A DNA stretch of 64,000 nt, from positions 63,984-127,983 of the forward strand of contig LCRO01000003.1 in NCBI GenBank assembly GCA_001004665.1, read 5' to 3'. Position 1 is the first letter of the stretch. The number at the start of each line of letters is the position of its first letter. The DNA comes from Candidatus Adlerbacteria bacterium GW2011_GWA1_54_10 (GTDB lineage Bacteria; Patescibacteriota; Minisyncoccia; Phycocordibacterales; SBAW01). Shown here piece by piece: positions 37,882-47,416 of this stretch. The notes beneath the pieces are model-generated. The model was not told the origin of the DNA. It saw nothing but the letters and a program-made list of their open reading frames with translations, and searched no databases. The translations under genes and the position numbers were made by a program.

Positions 37882-39326
37882 TATTCTTTGCGCGGGAAAA
37901 GGTTTTCGGGTTTTTTGTTGGCGATAATCGCTTCTGTTATCTTTTTGCTTGTATCAGGCATAAATGGTTCTAGTAAGACCGCAATTTCCGCAAGTTGCTC
38001 AAGAAGATATTTTAATTGTTTTTTACCAGCAATTCTATTAGTTTTTACAACTTCAAAAGTTCTCTGCTCTTGAATTAGCCCATCTAAATATTTCATCCTG
38101 AACCACAAATGAACCATAGCTTGACTAAATTCGAAAGTAGTAACGAACTTTTGAATTTCGTTTAAATCTTTCAAATCTGGAATCTTCGGCGTGGTAGTAA
38201 GATACCGACTCGACATCTGCAAAATACGAGCGACCAAGTTGCCGAGGCCGTTTGCGAGGTCGGAGTTATACGCCTCTTTAAATCGCTCCATGGTGAAGTC
38301 GCTGTCCTCGAATGGACTGACGTGGCGCGCCAAAAAATAACGCAAGGCGTCCGTTCCGTATTCCTCGATAATAACAACCGGGTCGATAACATTCCCGAGC
38401 GATTTGCTCATCTTTTGCCCGCCGCTTGTAATAAAACCGTGTATAAGAATCTGTTTTGTCGGCGGAAGACCTGCAGACATAAGCATTGCCTGCCACATGG
38501 CGGCCTGTTGGCGTAAATTATCCTTGCCGGCCATTTGTAATGCATTCGGATTTTCCACTGTACCCCAAAACTGCTCAAATTTCGGCCTGTCTTCCGGCCA
38601 GCCCAATGTAGATACGTAATTTATCAATGCATCGAACCAGACGAACATGATGTGGTCTTCGTCCCCCGGTACCGGGATGCCCCACGGCATCTTTTCTTTA
38701 AGCCTCGAGATGCTGAAGTCCTCCAATCCAGCCCCTACAAATTTTTTGATTTCGTTAAAACGAAAATCTGGAATAACAAAGTCAGGCCGGTTGGCATATA
38801 ATTCGAGTAACGGTTTTTGATACTTCGAAAATTTAAAAAAATAATTTTCTTCTTCGCGAAATTCTATTTCCAAATTCGGGTGTATGGGACATCGGCTATC
38901 TATCAATTCTGAATCGGTCTTTTCAAGCTCGCAGCCGATACAGTATTTCGTTTTATATATTTTTTTCTCAATATCGCCAGCCTCCGCGCAACGCTTCCAA
39001 AATTCTTGCGCGGCTACTCTATGGTGCGGGTCCGTCGTGCGAATGAAATACAGGTCGGGATAAAGACCGAGAAGTTGCTTCAGCCGTCGGAACTTAGCTG
39101 CATATTCATTAACATAGATTTGTGGGTCTTTGTCTTCATCCAGCGCCTTTCGATATATTTTTACTCCGTGCTCGTCCGTGCCGGTATTGAAAAAAACATC
39201 GTCGCCCATGAGCCTCCTGTACCGGGCGACAATGTCTGCCTGCACGATCTCGAGCGCAAAACCGATGTGCGGATCGGCGTTTACGTAAGGAAGCGTAGTC
39301 GTCAGGTAGAAATTTTTTCCGGCCAT
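37881..39326 (-). CDS. metG: Methionyl-tRNA synthetase (short form, no C-terminal tRNA-binding domain)
   Basis: 481 aa; HIGH-like ADPHIGF, KMSKS (QKMSKSLGNVI). Confidence 0.9.
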   Translation of the reverse strand: MAGKNFYLTTTLPYVNADPHIGFALEIVQADIVARYRRLMGDDVFFNTGTDEHGVKIYRKALDEDKDPQIYVNEYAAKFRRLKQLLGLYPDLYFIRTTDPHHRVAAQEFWKRCAEAGDIEKKIYKTKYCIGCELEKTDSELIDSRCPIHPNLEIEFREEENYFFKFSKYQKPLLELYANRPDFVIPDFRFNEIKKFVGAGLEDFSISRLKEKMPWGIPVPGDEDHIMFVWFDALINYVSTLGWPEDRPKFEQFWGTVENPNALQMAGKDNLRQQAAMWQAMLMSAGLPPTKQILIHGFITSGGQKMSKSLGNVIDPVVIIEEYGTDALRYFLARHVSPFEDSDFTMERFKEAYNSDLANGLGNLVARILQMSSRYLTTTPKIPDLKDLNEIQKFVTTFEFSQAMVHLWFRMKYLDGLIQEQRTFEVVKTNRIAGKKQLKYLLEQLAEIAVLLEPFMPDTSKKITEAIIANKKPENLFPRKE

Positions 39327-39336
39327 TGTGTAAACC

Positions 39337-40413
39337 CTACTTCGCCTCCCCCTCCGGAGTCAAACCCTTTTTTGCAAGCGCTCGCGTTTTTTCCTTGTCT
39401 ATGTCGGCCACAAACTCCTGCACTGCGGCGGCAATGGGCACGGAAAGCAAAATGCCGAGAAATCCGGCGAGTTTGGCTCCCACGATAAGCGCTAGGATGA
39501 CAAGCAGGGGAGGAACGCCAACGACCTTTTTGACGACTACCGGATAAATAAGGTGCGCTTCGAACTGCTGTACGATGACATAAAGCCCTCCGACAAGCAG
39601 AAGCGCCGTGAATCCGCCATCGGCGAAGGCGATCGCAAGCGCCGGTATCGCCGCGAGGAACTGCCCGAATACCGGAATCAACTCAAACACCGCAGCCAGC
39701 ACAGCAAGCAGGAGGGCGTTCGGTATACCGAGTATCATGAGCCCCATGTAAAGTAGTATGCCGACAATTATTCCGAGTATCAGCTGTCCCTGCATCCATT
39801 TCCCTATCTTTCCCTGCGAGCGTTTCCAGAGATTGAGCACATAGGCCTGATGCGCCGTCGGCGTAACCACGCGCAAAAAATCGTCTACACCCGTCTCTTG
39901 CACGGAAAAGTAAAAGGAAAAAACTACGATGAGTACAAACGAGGTGAGTCCGCCGAAGAACGCCGAGAGCGTCGTGAAGACGCCGCCAGTCGTCTCGGCT
40001 AGGGTCGCGGAAACATTGCGCAGGAGCTCGGCGGAAGAAATGTTCTGCCCGATATTGCCCCACGGCAAAAGCCCGCCGGTCACATCGGTGATGTTGAGCG
40101 ACTGTATGGTTTCGGGGAGCTTCGCCACAAAATTGGCGGCATCGTCTAAGACCGGCGGCACAAAGAATATAAGCGTGCCGAAGAAGACTGAGGCCACGAA
40201 CGCGTATATGACTATCACCGAAAGTACCCTGTGCAAGCCCCTCCGCATAAAAAACCGGACCGCAGGCTCCATTGCCGAGGCTATGACAACCGCCGTGATG
40301 ACAATAAGCACCACGTCCATAAGGTACCAAAGTATCGCGGCAAGTAGAATAAAAAGCAGAGCGGTAAAGATGCTCCCGCCCGTTATGTGGACGTTAATAT
40401 CCCGCGAGACCAT
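39337..40413 (-). CDS. AI-2E family transporter (PerM/YhhT-like)
   Basis: 358 aa, 8 TM helices; PF01594-like conserved core. Confidence 0.7.
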   Translation of the reverse strand: MVSRDINVHITGGSIFTALLFILLAAILWYLMDVVLIVITAVVIASAMEPAVRFFMRRGLHRVLSVIVIYAFVASVFFGTLIFFVPPVLDDAANFVAKLPETIQSLNITDVTGGLLPWGNIGQNISSAELLRNVSATLAETTGGVFTTLSAFFGGLTSFVLIVVFSFYFSVQETGVDDFLRVVTPTAHQAYVLNLWKRSQGKIGKWMQGQLILGIIVGILLYMGLMILGIPNALLLAVLAAVFELIPVFGQFLAAIPALAIAFADGGFTALLLVGGLYVIVQQFEAHLIYPVVVKKVVGVPPLLVILALIVGAKLAGFLGILLSVPIAAAVQEFVADIDKEKTRALAKKGLTPEGEAK

Positions 40414-41650
40414 GCTGCAATATTAGCACAAGCTCCTCCGCTTCCACTCTTTTTTGTCCGCCGGAGTCCCTGTCGCGGACGGTGACGGTATTGTTTTCCA
40501 AAGTCTCGAAATCGACGGTGATGCACCACGGAGTGCCTATCTCGTCCTGCCTGCGATACCTCTTGCCTATATTGCCGTTATCGTCCCACATTGTATTTGG
40601 GATTTGCGATTTGAGATTTGAATATATTTCACGGGCCTTAGTGACCAACTCCGGTTTGTTTTTAAGCAGAGGAAACACCGCGGCCTTTACTGGGGCGATT
40701 GAGGGATTAAACTTCAGCAGAATCCGTTTTTCTCCCTTGCCCTCCGAAGCCTCGGCGGAGGAGCGGCCGAGATCATCCTCCGCATATGCGCTCAAAAGCA
40801 CCGCGAGCACGGTGCGGTCAACACCAAAGGAGGGCTCAATCACATGTGGTACAATTTTTTCGCCGGTTTCCTGATCGACATAGCGCAATTCCACTCCGGA
40901 ACCGCGCTCGTGCGCCGAAAGATCAAAGCTGGTTCGATACGCAAGTCCGCAAAGCTCCTTCGTGCCGAAGGGGAAGTCAAACTCAAAATCGATCGTCCGC
41001 TTGGAGTAATGCGCACGTTCCGCGTCGGGGACATCGAGTTCGTGAACCTTGTCCATATCTATCCCAACAGCCGCAAGGTATCCCGGCACTTTCTTTCTCC
41101 ACTCTTCAAAATACCGCTCCCATTCGCTCGGACGTACAAAATACTCCACCTCCATCTGCTCAAGTTCGCGCACGCGGAAAATGAAATCGCGCGGCGCGAT
41201 CTCGTTGCGGAACACCTTCCCTATCTGCGCAATGCCGAAAGGAAGCACAGGGTGGAAAGAATCTACGACGTTCTTGAAATTTACGAAGATGCCTCCGGCG
41301 GTTTCCGGCCGAAGATACGCCGTCATGGCCTCTTCGCCCGCGCCTACGGAAGTTTTGAACATGGTGTTGAACATCTTGTCGCCAAGCGGATCCGCAAAGC
41401 TCGAAATGTGTCCACTCGACTCCCACGCCTTTGGGTTCATGATGACGGCCGTGTCTATACCGTACATATCATCGCGAGAGTCGACAAAAGTGTGCCACCA
41501 GAGCTGTTTTATGTTGTTTTTGAGCGCCAGCCCGTAGTGCGCGTAATCCCACATGCCGGCTAGACCGCCGTATATCTCGGAGCCTTGATAAACGAAGCCG
41601 CGCCGCTTGCAAAGCGACACTACTTTTTCCATAAGATCGTCTCGCGCCAT
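40394..41650 (-). CDS. glyQS: Glycyl-tRNA synthetase, alpha2 (eukaryote/archaeal-like dimeric) type
   Basis: 418 aa; class II motifs (FRNEIAPR, GVDRTVLAVL), anticodon-binding C-terminal domain. Confidence 0.9.
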   Translation of the reverse strand: MARDDLMEKVVSLCKRRGFVYQGSEIYGGLAGMWDYAHYGLALKNNIKQLWWHTFVDSRDDMYGIDTAVIMNPKAWESSGHISSFADPLGDKMFNTMFKTSVGAGEEAMTAYLRPETAGGIFVNFKNVVDSFHPVLPFGIAQIGKVFRNEIAPRDFIFRVRELEQMEVEYFVRPSEWERYFEEWRKKVPGYLAAVGIDMDKVHELDVPDAERAHYSKRTIDFEFDFPFGTKELCGLAYRTSFDLSAHERGSGVELRYVDQETGEKIVPHVIEPSFGVDRTVLAVLLSAYAEDDLGRSSAEASEGKGEKRILLKFNPSIAPVKAAVFPLLKNKPELVTKAREIYSNLKSQIPNTMWDDNGNIGKRYRRQDEIGTPWCITVDFETLENNTVTVRDRDSGGQKRVEAEELVLILQHGLAGY

Positions 41651-41675
41651 TTGTGCGACTATAGCATTTTGCCGG

Positions 41676-43397
41676 TTATTTTGGGAGCACGGCGGCGCCT
41701 GTCGTGGGAGCTTCCGCGGTCGCAGATACTTGCACTTGCGCGAAGCGGTCGGTGCCTGTCAGCGCCGCGGCGCCCGTTATTTGCGGTGCCTGTCCGACCT
41801 GCGACTGCGACGGCGACATGGAAATTTGGAACGAGACTTCCCGCGCCGCGGATGTATATCCGACACCGGCCTTAACATCGCCCACGCTCCAGCGTACCGT
41901 CCGACTGCTCTGGTCGTAGGTAATGCCCTCCCCGCCGGAAATGAACTGCACATACGGCGGCAGGACGGCCGAGACCGCTGTTCCTCCTACGGTATTCGAG
42001 GAATTTTTTATGGACCATACGATGTTGTAGGTCGTCGCGCTCTCGGCGCGCGGTGGCGCGACGCCGCCCGATACGGAAGCCCGCACCAAGAGAGACACCG
42101 CGGATGCGAGCACGACCTGCGACTGCGCCGCGCCCGTTATCTCCTGCGGCTCGCCGCCGCTGGGCGCGCGCGAAGCGCGCACGGAGAGGGAAAGATCTAT
42201 TGTCGGATTGCTGTATAGAGTGCCGGAGGTTCCGGGAGGGAGAGTGGCGAAGGAAAACTGGAGACTTCCACCACCGCCAGGCTCGGCGCGCGCGAGCGAC
42301 GGGTCCTGCGTCTTGGTCCAGATAATGGAGTTGTCAACGGATTGGAAGAATCCTGCCGTGGATTCGATGGAGCCGCGCTCGAGCATCGGACCCTTTAGCG
42401 CAAGGGAAACTTCGATGTCCTGCACCGCCTCCGCGGAGTTGTTGCGCCAGGAGACGAAGCCCTGTAATTTTCTCCCCGCCTGCGCCGCTATTGTCTTGCC
42501 GCTTTGGCCATCCACGGAGATGCTCCCCGCGACCATCGGCCGCGCGACCGAGAGCGTAACGGGCATGGATAGAAAAGGTACGCGGACCCTGGAGCTGGTC
42601 TCGTCGCTCTCCTGCCCCGCTAAAAAACGGAATACTTTATTGTCGCCGTCCTGACCCTCCAGGATGCCTCGCAGGATAATGGTCTCCGAAGCGCCGGGCT
42701 CTAGCGTACCGAGCCGCCAAAGCCCTCCCGCTCCCGCGCGCGGCGACGAGTTCTGTAATGAAAACCCGGCGGGATATTGAACTTCTATAGCGACACTCTC
42801 CGTCGGAGACTGCGCATTACTGCGGACCTCCATCTCTATCGCGAACGGCGCTCCTGAAACGACCTCGCTCGGTGCATCAATGGCGACGGAAACCGGCGAT
42901 GAGCCGATGGTGAACGAGGCTTCCGACTCTTTGGTAAATATGGCGGTCGAGCCCTTGACGCTGTACTCGAGGGTCGCGCGCACTTTTTGTACGCTCCCTT
43001 CCTGCCCGTAGAACACGGCGCTTGCGGTGCGCTTTAATTGCCGTCCAGGTTCTATAGTGCCAAGTGACTGCCTCTCGCGCGGATACTCTTTGGTCGGGTC
43101 CTTCGGGTCCCTCGTTCCGGCCGGATATTCGATGACAAGGTCGACAAGCCGGAGCTCCGAGGCGTTGCGGTTTTGGACAATGAACTGCAACTGCGCTTCC
43201 GAACCGCCGTCAATGAGCGAAGGTGCGACTATCTGTAGGTCGATGTTGCGCGAGGAAATAAAGTTAGCGCCGCCGAAGAAGAAATACGCGGCGGCGCCGA
43301 GAGCTACGATAAAAAAGCCCGCGGAGGCGATGAAAAATTTTTTGGCAAGCGAAAAAGACGCTTTTTTATCTGCAAAAGGGCCGGATCGATTCCTCAT
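41676..43397 (-). CDS. Hypothetical membrane-anchored protein with repeated beta-rich extracytoplasmic domains
   Basis: 573 aa; N-terminal TM helix; repeated ~100-aa S/T/G-rich modules. Confidence 0.45.
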   Translation of the reverse strand: MRNRSGPFADKKASFSLAKKFFIASAGFFIVALGAAAYFFFGGANFISSRNIDLQIVAPSLIDGGSEAQLQFIVQNRNASELRLVDLVIEYPAGTRDPKDPTKEYPRERQSLGTIEPGRQLKRTASAVFYGQEGSVQKVRATLEYSVKGSTAIFTKESEASFTIGSSPVSVAIDAPSEVVSGAPFAIEMEVRSNAQSPTESVAIEVQYPAGFSLQNSSPRAGAGGLWRLGTLEPGASETIILRGILEGQDGDNKVFRFLAGQESDETSSRVRVPFLSMPVTLSVARPMVAGSISVDGQSGKTIAAQAGRKLQGFVSWRNNSAEAVQDIEVSLALKGPMLERGSIESTAGFFQSVDNSIIWTKTQDPSLARAEPGGGGSLQFSFATLPPGTSGTLYSNPTIDLSLSVRASRAPSGGEPQEITGAAQSQVVLASAVSLLVRASVSGGVAPPRAESATTYNIVWSIKNSSNTVGGTAVSAVLPPYVQFISGGEGITYDQSSRTVRWSVGDVKAGVGYTSAAREVSFQISMSPSQSQVGQAPQITGAAALTGTDRFAQVQVSATAEAPTTGAAVLPK

Positions 43398-43482
43398 CTG
43401 CGCTTGCGGTGTTTGCCCGTCCGAATCTTCCCATAGAGCCCGTGCCCCGCTCTCGCCCGGTTCTCGAGTACAGCTTGTCTTT

Positions 43483-43506
43483 AAGCTCCTCCACGGAGCT
43501 TTTTTC
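43483..43506 (+). terminator. Plus-strand intrinsic terminator-like hairpin (aagctcc-tccac-ggagctt + T5) between two minus-strand genes
   Basis: 7-bp stem followed by ttttt on the plus strand only. Confidence 0.4.
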
Positions 43507-43530
43507 TTGTCCCACGGAGAAATTATAGCA

Positions 43531-44088
43531 TTACAGCCCCGTCATTTGCAGGGACTCGTTGATGGTGCGCACCAGGAGCGAGCGGGACTCAATCGCTTTG
43601 GCGGAGAGCTCGATGGAAAAGCCTCCTTCTATAAAAGGCGCGAGCGCCTGCGTATGGGGCAGATAGCCCAGAGCAAATAGTATGCGCAATACCAAAACGC
43701 ACTCGATCGCCTCGGCATGGGGCTCTTTCGTCGCTGCGAGGGCGCGCAGGCCTTCGGAAACCTCGTCGAATAACTGCGGGTTTTTTTCTTCCCCGTGCAC
43801 GAGGCGCAATAAAAGTTGTGCAATCCGGCCCGACTGCGCCGAGAGTCCGAGCGGTCGGATGCCATGCGCCTCCGTGACGCGCCACTCGTGCCTTCCGCGT
43901 ATCAGGCAAAATCGCGCAGAAGTCAGAGGCTCGAGCCCATAGCGCAGTTTTGATGCTTCCGCGCGCGCGGCGCGCGCACTCGCTACCACAAGCCCGAACT
44001 CGCGTGTCAATATCGCAACGCGCAAGTTCGCCTCTCCTACGCCGCGCTTGCGCAGGACAATTCCGTCAGTTGCCGTTTTTTCGTACAT
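43531..44088 (-). CDS. recO: DNA repair protein RecO (short)
   Basis: 185 aa; N-terminal OB-fold region (TDGIVLRKRGVGEANLRVAILTREFG), overlaps ileS 3' end by 23 nt. Confidence 0.65.
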   Translation of the reverse strand: MYEKTATDGIVLRKRGVGEANLRVAILTREFGLVVASARAARAEASKLRYGLEPLTSARFCLIRGRHEWRVTEAHGIRPLGLSAQSGRIAQLLLRLVHGEEKNPQLFDEVSEGLRALAATKEPHAEAIECVLVLRILFALGYLPHTQALAPFIEGGFSIELSAKAIESRSLLVRTINESLQMTGL

Positions 44089-47000
44089 ACTTCAAATCTT
44101 TGAGGCCGGTAAGTAGCATGATTTTATCTCGGTACTTATTCGCCACTACCATCTCTTCTTCGGTAACTGCAAGCGTGCATTCTGGCTTGTCGGCGATTTT
44201 ATATCCTTTTTCCTTGCGCCACTCCTGCACGCGGCGGACAAGCTCGCGCACGACGCCCTCCTCGCGCAACTGCGGCGTGATGAACGTATCGAGCACCGCC
44301 TCCCCATCGACTCGAGCGACTTCTTTCACGTTAAGCTCGTCGGCAAGAATCGCCCGCAGTTGCGGATTTTCCGGCAACACAGGAGCGGTAAATTTCGCGA
44401 GCGGCTGCCTGACCTTGATGCCCGCCCTCTCACGCAGCTGAAGACCCTCCGACGCCGCTTTGTGTATCTGCTCCATTTCCCTCAAAATATTCTCGTCGAT
44501 CTGCAGGGGTTCCGGCCAATCAGAAAGATGCACGCTTTCCGGATCGTTCTTGCTCTTTACGCTCCGATATAAATCCTCGGCGAAGAACGGCATAACGGGA
44601 GCCATAACGTGCGCCGCAGTATAGAGGACAAAGCGCAATGTAGAGACGGCCCGCGCATCGCCATTTTTGAACCGCTCGCGCGAGCGGCGCACGTACCACG
44701 CCGAAAGGTCGTCAATGAATTTTCCGAGTGGCCGCACCGCCGCATCCAATTCGTACTTTTCGAATCCTTCGGTCGCATCGCGCACCAGCTCGCCTAGGCG
44801 CGAGAGAATCCATTTGTCGAGTATATGCAAAGGAGAAACTTCCTGAAGAAAATGCTCTGGTTGAGGCGAAGCCGACCCGAGGACATTTTCGGAAGGAAGC
44901 TTCTCCGAAGCATACAACTTGTAAAAACTTCGGACATTGTCGATGCGCATGAGCAATTTCTTCGACACCTCGTCCACACCGCGCTCGTTAAAACGCAAGT
45001 CCTCCGCGCGCACGACGCCGGAGGAAAGAAGATAGTATCGCAGGGCGTCCGCGCCGTACTTGGCCACGACCTCCATGGGGTCGGGATAATTTTTGAGCCG
45101 CTTACTCATCTTTTGGCCGTCCGAGGCAAGCACGAGGCCATTGACTATCACTTTTTTATACGGACTCCGTCCGAAGAGCGCGACGCCGAGCACTATCAGT
45201 GAGTAAAACCACCCGCGCGTCTGGTCGAGCCCCTCGGCGATAAAGTCCGCCGGATAGCCCTTAGCCCCAAAGCGAAGAAAGCGTTCCGGGTCAAAATTCT
45301 TTTTCTCGAACGGGTAGTGATTGCTCGCGAAAGGCATCGAGCCCGACTCAAACCAGCAGTCAAACACCTCCGGCACGCGCTGCCACTGACCGTGTATGCC
45401 GTTGCCCATCGGCACCTCGTCTATGTACGGACGGTGCAGGTCGAGCTCATAGTTTTGATTATGAGGAAAGGGGACAAATGGAATTTCCTGCAACTCGGCG
45501 GTCTTAAGCATAACTTCTTCATCAAAATCAAAACTGCCGGACAACTTTCGGGCCGCGACTTTCTGAAGGATCCAGATCGGCAAGCCGTGTGAAATAATAA
45601 GAATGTTTTTGTTCGTGTAGCGCCGCTCCGCCTCAAACAAAAACTCACCCATACGCCTGCGCACTGCCAAAATATCGGATTCATTGAGCTCGTGCAGGCG
45701 CTTGTCAATCATCACCGCAGAATCCGGAAGCCCCAGCTCCTTTTGCACTACCGCCGCCGTCTCGCGCGTGCGCAAAAACGGAGAGACGATAATAAGATCG
45801 ACATTCTCGTGCTTGAGTTCCGAAGCAGCCCGCACAGATTCTGCTTTCCCAGTTTCGGTCAAATGATTTTCCGGGTCGCCGCGCGGGTCGGGTACGTTGT
45901 TCGCATTGTTCACTGCCTCCCCGTGCCGCATCACAAAGTAGCGGTTGCCGGAGCGGCGGACCATAGAAAGCAGTTCCTCTATCGAGCCGATGATCTTTAT
46001 CTCTTTAGTTTTGGAGTGTCGCCATACGGGAAGCGGCGCGCCCCAATAGCGGCTGCGCGATATAGCCCAGTCCGGCGCGCTCTCTATTCCCTTGTGGAAG
46101 CGACCCTTGCCGACATTCTCCGGCACCCATGCGATTTTCGCGTTCTCCTTGAGTAGCTTGTTTTTTAAAGCCGACACTTTTACGAACCACGAGCTGGCCG
46201 CAGAGTTGAGTAGCGGCGTGTCGCATCGCCAGCAGTGCGGGTAGGAGTGCGTTGTTTTTTCTTTCTTGAAGAGCAATCCTTTTTGTTCGAGGAGCGCCGC
46301 GACCTTCTCGTCCGTTTCGCGCGGACTCCCCTTCGGCTTTACGGGCAGGCCCGCAAGATCTTTTACCGCAAGCACGAATTTTCCCTCCTCGGTTATATGC
46401 CTTATAAGCGGAACCTTCTCCCTTTGCCCGAGTGCAAGGTCATCCGCGCCGAATGCCGGAGCGATGTGCACGATGCCCGTACCCTCGCCGAGCGACACAA
46501 AGTCGGCGCCATACACGCGCCATATTTTATTATTTTTGGAGAATTCGCCTGCGAAATAGTCGAACGGCGGCAAATATTTTTTGCCGATAAGCTCTTTACC
46601 TTTATATTCCGCAACAACTGATTTTTCCGGAGCAAGTTCTCTTGCAACAATAATGAACTCGTTTCCAGTTTTTACTTTCACATATATAGCGCTCGGATTG
46701 ACTGCCACAGCGGCATTGCCCGGAAGCGTCCATGCGGTCGTGGTCCAGATCAACAAAGAGGTACTGGGATCGTCCGCCAATTGGAATTTTACCGTAACGG
46801 CCAAATCCTCGATATCTTTGTATCCCTGCGCGACCTCGAAGTTGGACAGCGTCGTGCCGCAACGCGGACAATAGTGCATCGCCTTGAAGCCCTCGTAAAT
46901 TAATCCGCGGCCGTGAAGATATTTGAATGCCCACCATACCGACTCGGTGTAGGAGGTGTCCATTGTCTTGTAGGAGTTCTCCATGTCGGCAAAGCGGCCC

Positions 47001-47392
47001 ACGCGCGGAATGGCCCCGCGCCACTCCATTTCGTCCTTCATGATATGGGCACGCGCCGCCTCGTTGAACGAGGCCAGGCCGTACTCCTCAATGTCGCGCT
47101 TCTGCCTGAACCCGAGCTCTTTTTCCACCAAATTCTCGACCGGAAGCCCGTGGCAGTCCCATCCCCACCGCCTTTGTACGCGCCAGCCGCGCATCGTGCG
47201 ATAGCGCGGAATGGCGTCTTTTATGGTCGATGCCAAAATGTGCCCGTAGTGCGGGGATCCACTGGCGAAGGGCGGCCCGTCATAGAACACATACTCGCCG
47301 CGCGGCGACTTTTTATCCAGCGACTTCTCGAAAATCTTTTCCTTGTTCCAAAATTCGAGTATTTCCTCCTCCCGCTTCGGCAGATCCGACAT
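44066..47392 (-). CDS. ileS: Isoleucyl-tRNA synthetase with an embedded histidine-phosphatase-like domain
   Basis: 1108 aa; PHYGH (HIGH), CP1 editing domain, KMSKR. Residues ~483-640 carry RHGE...SHG histidine-phosphatase motifs. Confidence 0.9.
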   Translation of the reverse strand: MSDLPKREEEILEFWNKEKIFEKSLDKKSPRGEYVFYDGPPFASGSPHYGHILASTIKDAIPRYRTMRGWRVQRRWGWDCHGLPVENLVEKELGFRQKRDIEEYGLASFNEAARAHIMKDEMEWRGAIPRVGRFADMENSYKTMDTSYTESVWWAFKYLHGRGLIYEGFKAMHYCPRCGTTLSNFEVAQGYKDIEDLAVTVKFQLADDPSTSLLIWTTTAWTLPGNAAVAVNPSAIYVKVKTGNEFIIVARELAPEKSVVAEYKGKELIGKKYLPPFDYFAGEFSKNNKIWRVYGADFVSLGEGTGIVHIAPAFGADDLALGQREKVPLIRHITEEGKFVLAVKDLAGLPVKPKGSPRETDEKVAALLEQKGLLFKKEKTTHSYPHCWRCDTPLLNSAASSWFVKVSALKNKLLKENAKIAWVPENVGKGRFHKGIESAPDWAISRSRYWGAPLPVWRHSKTKEIKIIGSIEELLSMVRRSGNRYFVMRHGEAVNNANNVPDPRGDPENHLTETGKAESVRAASELKHENVDLIIVSPFLRTRETAAVVQKELGLPDSAVMIDKRLHELNESDILAVRRRMGEFLFEAERRYTNKNILIISHGLPIWILQKVAARKLSGSFDFDEEVMLKTAELQEIPFVPFPHNQNYELDLHRPYIDEVPMGNGIHGQWQRVPEVFDCWFESGSMPFASNHYPFEKKNFDPERFLRFGAKGYPADFIAEGLDQTRGWFYSLIVLGVALFGRSPYKKVIVNGLVLASDGQKMSKRLKNYPDPMEVVAKYGADALRYYLLSSGVVRAEDLRFNERGVDEVSKKLLMRIDNVRSFYKLYASEKLPSENVLGSASPQPEHFLQEVSPLHILDKWILSRLGELVRDATEGFEKYELDAAVRPLGKFIDDLSAWYVRRSRERFKNGDARAVSTLRFVLYTAAHVMAPVMPFFAEDLYRSVKSKNDPESVHLSDWPEPLQIDENILREMEQIHKAASEGLQLRERAGIKVRQPLAKFTAPVLPENPQLRAILADELNVKEVARVDGEAVLDTFITPQLREEGVVRELVRRVQEWRKEKGYKIADKPECTLAVTEEEMVVANKYRDKIMLLTGLKDLKYVRKNGN

Positions 47393-47416
47393 TACTAAAA
47401 TATAGCACTTAGCACC

